This document shows, in pieces, positions 9,337-16,288 of a stretch of DNA of 32,000 nucleotides. The notes beneath the pieces are model-generated. The model had not been told where the DNA came from, made no database searches, and saw only the letters and a list, made by a program, of their open reading frames with translations. Source of the stretch: an uncultured Actinomycetes bacterium (GTDB taxonomy: Bacteria; Actinomycetota; Actinomycetes; S36-B12; CAIYMF01); NCBI GenBank assembly GCA_963843975.1, contig CAWJMG010000003.1:2280001-2312000 (forward strand), in the 5' to 3' direction. Within the stretch, counting starts at the first letter, position 1, and each line of letters begins with the position of its first letter. A program made the translations under genes and the position numbers.

Positions 9337-9722
9337 GGGACGTTCAGCTGCCAGGAGACGCCGTAGCGGTCCTGGAGCCACGAGAACCAGCGGCTGAAGC
9401 CGTAGTCGCCCGGCGGCATGAGGATGCTGCCGCCGTCGGCCAGGAGATCGTGCGCGAGCCCGTGCTGCTCGACGGAGTCGAGGTCGACGAACAGCGAGAT
9501 GGACGGCGTGAACGTGAAGTCGTGCACGACGAAGCTGTCGTAGCAGCGCACGGCGTGCCCGCCGATCAGCGCCTCGGAGGAGGCCACCGAGCCCTCCGCG
9601 CCGGGGCCCTCGGCGCCGTACCGCTCGATCGTCGTGACGCTCGAGCCGGGGATCGCCGTGACGGCGAGATCCAGCCAGGCCTCGGCGTCGCCCTGGAACA
9701 TGAGGAAGGTGGAGATCCGCAT
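9333..9722 (-). CDS. VOC / PhnB-like (3-demethylubiquinone-9 3-methyltransferase-domain) family protein
   Basis: Track ORF 9333..9722. MRISTFLMFQGDAEAWLD...FSRWFSWLQDRYGVSWQLN is typical of the PhnB-like VOC family. Confidence 0.8.
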   Translation of the reverse strand: MRISTFLMFQGDAEAWLDLAVTAIPGSSVTTIERYGAEGPGAEGSVASSEALIGGHAVRCYDSFVVHDFTFTPSISLFVDLDSVEQHGLAHDLLADGGSILMPPGDYGFSRWFSWLQDRYGVSWQLNVP

Positions 9723-9756
9723 CCCCGCAACCTAGCCGCCCCCTCCCGCTGACACT

Positions 9757-9801
9757 GATCAATCCGTCGCTTCCCGGCACCGGAAACGACGGATTGGTCA
9801 G
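9757..9801. promoter_or_regulatory. Long imperfect palindrome/hairpin in the divergent VOC-operon / XPB intergenic region
   Basis: Sequence is TGATCAATCCGTCGCTTCCCGG-CA-CCGGAAACGACGGATTGGTCA. The outer 14-nt arms (9757-9770 and 9788-9801) have 1 mismatch. The inner part pairs TTCCCGG with CCGGAAA, with a bulge. The element is noticeably less GC-rich than its surroundings. Confidence 0.4.
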
Positions 9802-9878
9802 GGTCAGCGCCGGTGGGTGTTCGCTGCGGGCGTCACGGTCTGGTCTGCGCCCTCGGCCAGGGGTGGGAGAATCGTCGG

Positions 9879-11543
9879 ATGACCGACGGGCCCCTGATCG
9901 TCCAGAGCGACAAGACGCTCCTGCTCGAGATCGACCATGCGCTGTCCGCGGAGTGCCGTCACGCGATCGCGCCGTTCGCCGAGCTCGAGCGCGCCCCCGA
10001 GCACGTGCACACCTACCGCCTGACTCCGCTCGGTCTCTGGAACGCACGCGCCGCCGGCCACGATGCCGAGGGCGTCGTCGACATCCTCCTGCGCTACTCG
10101 CGCTACCCCGTGCCGCACGCGCTGCTCGTCGACGTCGCCGACACCATGGGCCGCTACGGACGCCTCCAGCTGCAGAACGACCCCGCGCACGGCCTCGTGC
10201 TGCACTCGAACGACCGCGCGGTGCTCGAGGAGGTGCTGCGCAGCAAGAAGATCGAGCCGCTCGTCGGCGCGCGCATCGACCCCGACACGGTGGTCGTCCA
10301 CCCGTCCGAGCGCGGCACCCTCAAGCAGACCCTGCTCAAGCTCGGCTGGCCCGCCGAGGACCTCGCCGGCTACGTCGACGGCGAGGCGCACGCGATCGCG
10401 CTCACCGAGGACGGCTGGAACCTGCGCGACTACCAGCGCGAGGCAGCCGAGAACTTCCTGCACGGCGGCTCGGGCGTCGTCGTCCTCCCCTGCGGAGCCG
10501 GCAAGACGATCGTCGGCGCCGCCGCCATGGCGATGGCCGGTGCGACCACCCTGATCCTCGTCACCAACACGGTGTCGGCGCGGCAGTGGAAGTCCGAGCT
10601 GCTCAAGCGCACCACCCTCACCGAGGCCGAGATCGGCGAGTACTCCGGCACGGTCAAGGACATCCGCCCGGTCACGATCGCGACGTACCAGGTGATGACC
10701 ACGCGCCGGAAGGGCGTCTACCAGCACCTCGAGCTCTTCGACGCCCGCGACTGGGGCCTGATCCTGTACGACGAGGTCCACCTGCTGCCCGCTCCGATCT
10801 TCCGCTTCACTGCGGACATCCAGGCGCGACGCCGCCTCGGCCTCACCGCCACCCTCGTCCGCGAGGACGGCCGCGAGGGCGACGTCTTCTCGCTCATCGG
10901 CCCGAAGCGGTACGACGCGCCCTGGAAGGACATCGAGGCGCAGGGCTACATCGCTCCGGCCGACTGCGTCGAGGTGCGCGTCACGCTCGACGAGCGCGAA
11001 CGGCTCGTCTACGCCACCGCCGAGCCCGAGGAGCGATACCGGCTCGCGGCCTCGAGCGACCGCAAGTTCCGCATCGTGCAGGCGCTCGTGGCCAAGCACG
11101 CCGAGGAGCACGTCCTCGTGATCGGCCAGTACCTCGACCAGCTGCACGAGATGGGCGAGCGGCTCGACGCCCCGGTCATCACGGGCGAGACGCCGGTCAA
11201 GGAGCGCGAGCGGCTGTTCGAGGCGTTCCGGTCCGGCGAGGTGCGGGTGCTCGTGGTGTCGAAGGTCGCGAACTTCTCGGTCGACCTGCCCGAGGCCGGA
11301 GTCGCCATCCAGATCTCGGGGTCGTTCGGATCGCGGCAGGAGGAGGCCCAGCGCCTCGGTCGCGTGCTGCGTCCGAAGGCGGACGGCCGGACTGCGCGCT
11401 TCTACGCCGTGGTCGCGCGCGACACGGTCGACGCCGACTTCGCCGCGCACCGTCAGCGGTTCCTCGCCGAGCAGGGCTACGCCTACCGCATCGTCGACGC
11501 CGACGACGTCCTGCACGGCAGCATCGAGCCCGACGCCGTCTGA
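9879..11543 (+). CDS. ercc3: XPB/ERCC3-type DNA repair helicase (superfamily 2)
   Basis: Track ORF 9813..11543. The start is placed at ATG 9879, after a GGGAGA Shine-Dalgarno site. The N-terminal XPB damage-recognition-like domain contains LIVQSDKTLLLE and YRLTPLGLWNARAAGH. Helicase motifs: Walker A LPCGAGKT, DEVH, TATLVRED, and VSKVANFSVDLP...SGSFGSRQEEAQRLGRVLR. Confidence 0.9.
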   Translation: MTDGPLIVQSDKTLLLEIDHALSAECRHAIAPFAELERAPEHVHTYRLTPLGLWNARAAGHDAEGVVDILLRYSRYPVPHALLVDVADTMGRYGRLQLQNDPAHGLVLHSNDRAVLEEVLRSKKIEPLVGARIDPDTVVVHPSERGTLKQTLLKLGWPAEDLAGYVDGEAHAIALTEDGWNLRDYQREAAENFLHGGSGVVVLPCGAGKTIVGAAAMAMAGATTLILVTNTVSARQWKSELLKRTTLTEAEIGEYSGTVKDIRPVTIATYQVMTTRRKGVYQHLELFDARDWGLILYDEVHLLPAPIFRFTADIQARRRLGLTATLVREDGREGDVFSLIGPKRYDAPWKDIEAQGYIAPADCVEVRVTLDERERLVYATAEPEERYRLAASSDRKFRIVQALVAKHAEEHVLVIGQYLDQLHEMGERLDAPVITGETPVKERERLFEAFRSGEVRVLVVSKVANFSVDLPEAGVAIQISGSFGSRQEEAQRLGRVLRPKADGRTARFYAVVARDTVDADFAAHRQRFLAEQGYAYRIVDADDVLHGSIEPDAV

Positions 11544-11558
11544 CCTGTCGAACCGGCG

Positions 11559-12758
11559 TCAGTGCTCGCCGGCGTGCTGCTCGTTGTGAGCGGACCGCAG
11601 GTGCCTGCGCCACGGGGCGAACCGAAGCGTCTCGTACGTGACGAGCCCCAGCAGCACGGAGACCAGCAGCACCAGGCTCGCCCACGACGGGACGACGACG
11701 CCGACCGGCACCAGCGCGAGCAGCAGCACCATGACCACCGCGCGCTGGGTGTTCCAGGAGCCCATGTTCCGCTTGCGGAACAGCAGGTGGCCGAGCAGGT
11801 AGAGCGCGACTCCTCCGAAGAGCGCGAACGACGCCACCGGCTTCAGCACTGCGTCGATGTCGACGAACGACTTCTTCAGGCCGAGGGCGAGCAGCACGAT
11901 GCCCGCGACCATCGGCAGGTGCAGGTAGTTGAACGAGTCGCGCGCGAGGTCGTTGCGCTGCGCGATCTCGACGCTCGCGAGGCGGCGCTCCGCGGCGATC
12001 GCCACGACGTCGAAGTAGAGCCACCACAGGCACGCGACCGACGTGAACGCGATCACCACGGCCAGGATCGTGCGGACGTCGTACAGCTGGTCGGCGACAC
12101 CCACGCCGAGAGCGACGAGCGACTCCCCGAGCGCGATGATGATCACGAGGCCGTGCCGCTCGGCGAAGTGGTGCGGGCTCAGCTCCCAGCCCTTGGTACC
12201 GGTGACGAGCGGCGCACCGACGTCGATCACGATCGCCAGGGTCCACAGCAGCGCGCGCGGCAGACCGGCCGGCAGGAACGCCGCCAGCAGGATGAGCGCG
12301 GAGCCGGCGAGCAGGCCCGGTGCGAGCCGGCGTACGGCGGCACCCACGCCGGGCTTGGACCGGCCGATGACCCGGAACAGGACGACGTGGGCCAGCCGCA
12401 CGGCGAAGTAGGTGAGGCCGAACAGCATCGCCTGGTCGCGCCCGCCGCCGGCAACCTCGCCGAGCTGGCCGAACGCGCCGGGCGCGGCCAGCGCCGTCAG
12501 GAACATCGCGCCCATCGCCGCGAGCATCACGATCCGTGCGACGCCGTCCTCGGCGTCGGTGGTCGTGCCGATCCAGACGTACGCGACCCAGGCCCACCAC
12601 AGCACCGTCAGCACGGCCATGCCGCGCAGCAGCCCGACCCACGTGGGGTCTGCGGCCATCAGCGTGGTGACCTGCGTGAGCGAGAAGACGAAGACGAGGT
12701 CGAAGAAGAGCTCGAGCGGCGTGACCCGCCGCTCCTCCGCCACCGTCTGCTCGCTCAC
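11559..12758 (-). CDS. Low-temperature-requirement A (LtrA) family membrane protein
   Basis: Track ORF 11559..12758. The N-terminus VTPLELFFDLVFVFSLTQV is the LtrA family signature. The rest is a polytopic hydrophobic profile. Confidence 0.85.
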   Translation of the reverse strand: MSEQTVAEERRVTPLELFFDLVFVFSLTQVTTLMAADPTWVGLLRGMAVLTVLWWAWVAYVWIGTTTDAEDGVARIVMLAAMGAMFLTALAAPGAFGQLGEVAGGGRDQAMLFGLTYFAVRLAHVVLFRVIGRSKPGVGAAVRRLAPGLLAGSALILLAAFLPAGLPRALLWTLAIVIDVGAPLVTGTKGWELSPHHFAERHGLVIIIALGESLVALGVGVADQLYDVRTILAVVIAFTSVACLWWLYFDVVAIAAERRLASVEIAQRNDLARDSFNYLHLPMVAGIVLLALGLKKSFVDIDAVLKPVASFALFGGVALYLLGHLLFRKRNMGSWNTQRAVVMVLLLALVPVGVVVPSWASLVLLVSVLLGLVTYETLRFAPWRRHLRSAHNEQHAGEH

Positions 12759-12826
12759 CCGCCGAACGCTAGACGGCGTACGCCGGACCGCACGCCGGAA
12801 TCAGCCGTCAGCCGAACCAGCGTGGG

Positions 12827-13562
12827 TCAGCTGCCCTGCCCCATCGACCAGAGGGTCCAGATGTGGGTGCGCAGCGAGCGGGGCTGCTCGAGGGTGTGCA
12901 CGACGGCCGCCGCGACGTCCTCCGCGGTGAGCCACTCGGCGAAGCGCGGGTCGTCCTCGGTGCGGCCGGCGCCGACGGCGAACTCCGTCGCGGTGCCTGC
13001 GGGGCAGATGAGCGTGACACGGATGCCGTGCTCCCGGAGCCTCGCGGTCGAGGCCGCCGGCAAGGCCGACCTGCGCGTGCTTCGTGCCGGCGTAGACCGC
13101 CTCGTCGCCGCCGCCACGGAAGCCCGCGACGCTGGACACGATCACGATGTCGCCGCCGTCGCCGGTGGCGAGCATCGCGGGGAGGGCCGCTCGCACCGAC
13201 CACACGGTGCCCGCGTAGTTGGTGTCCATCATGAGCTCGAGCTCCTCGTCGCTCTGGTCGAGGATGCCGCCGTACATGCCGATGCCGGCGTTGGGCACGA
13301 CGGAGTCGAGCCGGCCCCAGGTGCCGACCGCCGCCTCGACCAGGCGTGCGTTGTCCGCGGGCAGGCGCACGTCCATGACGACGCCGACCGCGTTGTCGGC
13401 ACCGAGCTCGGCCACCAGCTCGTCGAGGCGCTCCTGGCGCCGGCCCCCGAGGGCGACCTTGGCGCCCTTCGCCACGAGCTGGCGCGCCGTCTCCCGGCCG
13501 ATGCCTGCGGTGGCGCCGGTGATGGCGACGACGGTTCCGGTGAGATCGCGACTGGCGAGCAT
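12827..13562 (-). pseudogene. Short-chain dehydrogenase/reductase (classical SDR), interrupted by a 1-nt frameshift near 13040
   Basis: The N-terminal part starts at ATG 13562 (AGGAG Shine-Dalgarno site). It reads MLASRDLTGTVVAITGATAGIGRE...SSVAGFRGGGDEAVYAGTKHAQVGLAGGLDRE, containing TGxxxGIG and YxxxK. The C-terminal part LREHGIRVTLICPAGTATEF...EDVAAAVVHTLEQP continues in the frame of track ORF 12827..13117. Span is 736 nt, i.e. 3n+1. Confidence 0.8.
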
Positions 13563-13664
13563 GGTGACTCCTGGGAGTGGGGGCTGGTGCGGATCACATC
13601 CCACCACGGACCGGCGGCCCTCACACCCGGCAGAGGCGGACCGCATGCTCGCTAGGGTCGCCGC

Positions 13665-14207
13665 ATGGCCGAGGTCCGCGTGCGCGCCGCCACCACGCGC
13701 GACGCCGAGCGGATCGCCGCGGTCTACGCGCCTCACGTGGAGTCGTCGTACGCCTCCTTCGAGGAGAACGCGCCAGATGCCCACGAGATGGCCGCGCGCA
13801 TGACGGCCGAGCCGCGGCTGCCGTGGCTCGTCGCGGAGGACGCCGACGGACAGGTGCTCGGATTCGCGTACGCCGCGCACCACCGCGTGCGCCGGGCCTA
13901 CCGCTGGGCCTGTGACACGTCGGTCTACCTCGACGCCGCCGCGACCGGGCGCGGCGTGGGTACGGCCCTGTACGCCGAGCTGCTGCCCGCCGTGACCGCG
14001 CTCGGCTACGTCCAGTGCTTCGCGGCCATCGCGCTGCCCAACGACGCGAGCGTGGCCCTGCACCGGCGCCAGGGCTTCGAGGAGCTCGGCACCTACCGCG
14101 ACGTCGGCTACAAGCTCGGTGCCTGGCGCAGCGTCCGGTGGTTCCAGCGCACCCTGGCCGAGCTCACGGCCCACCCGGACGAGCCGCGTCCCTGGGTCCC
14201 CGCCTGA
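13665..14207 (+). CDS. GNAT N-acetyltransferase, phosphinothricin/methionine-sulfoximine acetyltransferase (PAT/bar)-like
   Basis: Track ORF 13665..14207. The segments VRAATTRDAERIAAVYAPHVESSYASFEE...RGVGTALYAELL...LHRRQGFEELGTYRDVGYKLGAWRSVRWFQ match the PAT family pattern. Confidence 0.85.
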   Translation: MAEVRVRAATTRDAERIAAVYAPHVESSYASFEENAPDAHEMAARMTAEPRLPWLVAEDADGQVLGFAYAAHHRVRRAYRWACDTSVYLDAAATGRGVGTALYAELLPAVTALGYVQCFAAIALPNDASVALHRRQGFEELGTYRDVGYKLGAWRSVRWFQRTLAELTAHPDEPRPWVPA

Positions 14208-14212
14208 CCCCC

Positions 14213-14771
14213 TCAGGCGAGGTCGATGCGGTACTTCACGCCGAGGTGGCCGCCGTACTGCTCGGGCTCCACGAACTCGCCGAGGCTGACGCCGCCGTTG
14301 GCCTCGATCACCTTCTGGGACCCGAGGTTGTCGGGCTGGGTCGTGATCTCGACGTACGCCAGCCCCTCCGCGCGCACGACCTCGAGCATGCCGCGCAGCG
14401 CCTCGGTCGCGTAGCCCCGGCGCTGCTTCCACGGCACGACGGAGTAGCCGATGTGGCCGAGCACGTGGGGTGGCAAGCTGAACGGTGCCGGGCTGCCAGC
14501 GGGCGTTGATGGCACCGGCGAAATCGCCGTCCCACATCCAGCGCACGACGCCCGGGATGCGCGGCACCTCGGTGCCGTCCGGGAGCGTGACCGTGCGGCC
14601 ACCCCCGTCACGCTCGTTGAACTGGGCCAGCGCGAGGTCGGGGTCGGACTCCACCCGGGCGAGCTCGATCCGCCAGAAGTCGGGGTCGACCGTCGTCGGC
14701 GACCACTCCCGCCGCAGCGCGTCCAGATAGCCGTCGAGATACGCGCGCCCGGGCGCCACCAGCTCCATCAC
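14213..14771 (-). pseudogene. GNAT acetyltransferase (COG3981-like), interrupted by a 1-nt frameshift near 14483
   Basis: The N-terminus MMELVAPGRAYLDGYLDALRREW...VVRWMWDGDFAGAINARWQPGT is in the frame of track ORF 12801..14771. The C-terminus FSLPPHVLGHIGYSVVPWKQRRGYATEALRGMLEVVRAEGLAYVEITTQPDNLGSQKVIEANGG is in the frame of ORF 14213..14611. Span is 559 nt, i.e. 3n+1. Confidence 0.7.
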
Positions 14772-14971
14772 GCGATGCTCCCAGTGCCCGGCGAGTGCAG
14801 GCGACCGGGTTTGCCGTCACCCGTCCTGCCTCTCAGGTCGCTCAAGACGGACCGAACGGCCAGTGGTGGCGGTAGCCCGAACGGAGCAGGTCGCGGTGCG
14901 CCACCCGAACGGCTCACCAACCTCCGAGGTGTCCGCACGATGTACGGAGTGTGATCAAGGAGGTGGCGGCC

Positions 14972-15118
14972 ATGAGGACCGCGACTACGTACGACGGCAC
15001 CCAGACCGTCATGGACCTGCTCCGCAGCGGCGTCCCGCTCGCCCTGCTGCTGGACCTGGCCGAGCCCCTCGGCCCGCGTTCCGCCGAGCTCTACGCCGCC
15101 GAGCTGGTCGCCGCCTGA
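14972..15118 (+). CDS. Small hypothetical protein (48 aa), not in the ORF track
   Basis: ATG 14972 is preceded by an AAGGAGG Shine-Dalgarno site (14957-14963, 8-nt spacing). Product: MRTATTYDGTQTVMDLLRSGVPLALLLDLAEPLGPRSAELYAAELVAA. Third-position GC is very high. A hairpin follows at 15142-15171. Confidence 0.5.
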   Translation: MRTATTYDGTQTVMDLLRSGVPLALLLDLAEPLGPRSAELYAAELVAA

Positions 15119-15141
15119 ACCCACCTGACACCACCGTTCGC

Positions 15142-15171
15142 GACGGCCCGGGATTGCGGTCCCGGGTCGTC
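15142..15171 (+). terminator. GC-rich hairpin after the 48-aa ORF
   Basis: GACGGCCCGGGA-TTGCGG-TCCCGGGTCGTC forms a 12-bp stem including one G-U pair. No U-tract, as is common in high-GC actinobacteria. Confidence 0.45.
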
Positions 15172-15366
15172 GTGCGTCCCCGGGCCGACCGTTGTGCGGA
15201 CGCCGTCACCCACACAGCGCAGCGCTCGTCCAAGGGACGTCCAAGATGTGGTGCGGAAGCGGTGGTGAGCGGTGATCGGGCTTGAGCGACAAGCGATTCG
15301 GGCCGAGGGTCGAGATGCACGGTACCGGCGGACGGCCGGTGCCCCGTGGGAAGGAACCCCCTCCAG

Positions 15367-16230
15367 ATGCGTACAGCACTTCGCCGCACCGCGGTCGCAG
15401 GAGCGTCGCTCGGCCTCGTGATCGCCGGTGCGATCCCCGCCCTCTCACCCGCCTCGGCCCACGACGGCGGAAGCCGCCACGGCGGCTCGGGCTCGCACTC
15501 CTCGACCGACTGGGACAAGGGCCACGCCACCAGCGCGGCCAAGAAGCAGCTGCGCCTCGCGCTCAGGGCCGCGAAGCAGACCTACCGCCAGTCCGTGCGC
15601 ACAGCGCGTGACGCCTTCCGCAACGACCCGATCGTGATCGCTGCCCGGGCCGACCGCGAGACGGTCGTCGGCACCAGCACCGACCCGGCCCTGATCCTGG
15701 CCGCGGACACCGCCTTCCAGGCCGCGATCTCCGGCCCGAAGGACACCTACGTCGCGGCGAAGTCCGCCGCGCTCGCGGCGTACATCACCGCCGCCGACGC
15801 TGCGTACGCCGCGTACGACGTGGCCACCACGACGCCCGAGGAGGCCGCCGCCCGCGCCGCCTACCGCACGGCGGTCCGCGATGCCCGCACGGCGTTCAAG
15901 ACGGCCATCATGGCCGCCCACGCGGACTTCCGCACCGCCACCGCCCCGGCCCACGCCCAGCTCCGCGCGTCGATCAACGCCGCCGTCGCAGCCTTCGAGG
16001 CCAGTGACAAGGGCGACGCCGCCGTCGAGGCGTTCCGCACCGCCGTCCACGACGCGTGCACGGCGTTCGCCGCCGATCCGGCCGTGGTCGCGGCCCGTAC
16101 GGCCAAGCTGGACGCCAAGCAGGCCGCGCGCACGGCGTACCGCGACGCGATCGAGGCGGCGCGCAGCGCGTTCTTCGCCGCCACCGGCCACGCCCCGCGC
16201 CACCTCGGCAAGGGGCTGAAGTTCGTCTAG
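15367..16230 (+). CDS. Secreted alanine-rich helical-repeat protein (hypothetical)
   Basis: Track ORF 15346..16230; ATG 15367 is preferred. Signal peptide MRTALRRTAVAGASLGLVIAGAIPALSPASA|HD. The mature N-terminus is His/Gly/Ser-rich. Four copies of the motif [YF]R-x-[AS]-[VI]-x-x-A-[RC]-x-AF are present: YRQSVRTARDAF, YRTAVRDARTAF, FRTAVHDACTAF and YRDAIEAARSAF. Confidence 0.7.
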   Translation: MRTALRRTAVAGASLGLVIAGAIPALSPASAHDGGSRHGGSGSHSSTDWDKGHATSAAKKQLRLALRAAKQTYRQSVRTARDAFRNDPIVIAARADRETVVGTSTDPALILAADTAFQAAISGPKDTYVAAKSAALAAYITAADAAYAAYDVATTTPEEAAARAAYRTAVRDARTAFKTAIMAAHADFRTATAPAHAQLRASINAAVAAFEASDKGDAAVEAFRTAVHDACTAFAADPAVVAARTAKLDAKQAARTAYRDAIEAARSAFFAATGHAPRHLGKGLKFV

Positions 16231-16241
16231 CCACCGCTCGC

Positions 16242-16278
16242 ACGAAGGCCCGGGACCACATCGGTCCCGGGCCTTCGT
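16242..16278. terminator. Perfect 16-bp hairpin between convergent genes (bidirectional terminator candidate)
   Basis: ACGAAGGCCCGGGACC-ACATC-GGTCCCGGGCCTTCGT. It lies between the stop of the Ala-rich protein gene (16230) and the stop of pheA (16289). Confidence 0.7.
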
Positions 16279-16288
16279 CGTGCGTCGG

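Noticed and set aside
7360-9366. 668-aa plus-strand ORF
   Set aside because: It is antisense to the racemase and GNAT genes, both of which have clear family signatures.
9723-9878. SOS (LexA) box or PafBC/RecA-NDp motif upstream of XPB
   Set aside because: No TCGAAC-N4-GTTCGA-like palindrome and no TGTCGGTG-N8-TAnnnT arrangement was found by eye. Only the unrelated 45-nt palindrome is present.
9804-11516. 570-aa minus-strand ORF, and the 615-aa alternative plus frame (9794..11641)
   Set aside because: Both overlap the XPB helicase, whose Walker A, DEVH and motif VI are all in the 9879..11543 frame.
11562-13655. 697-aa plus-strand ORF
   Set aside because: It is antisense to LtrA and the SDR. 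The sequence is highly charged and repetitive (R/D/E/H-rich) with no domain signature.
8330-14505. Programmed +1 ribosomal frameshifting as the explanation for the three split genes
   Set aside because: There is no slippery heptamer, rare-codon or stop-codon pause site, or downstream stimulatory structure at any of the three junctions. The three genes are unrelated enzymes for which frameshifting is not known.
12801-14771. 656-aa minus-strand ORF taken at face value
   Set aside because: It is a chimeric read-through. It joins the N-terminal GNAT fragment, the antisense of the PAT gene and the N-terminal SDR fragment into a wrong-frame tail. It is better explained by two frameshifted genes plus one plus-strand gene.
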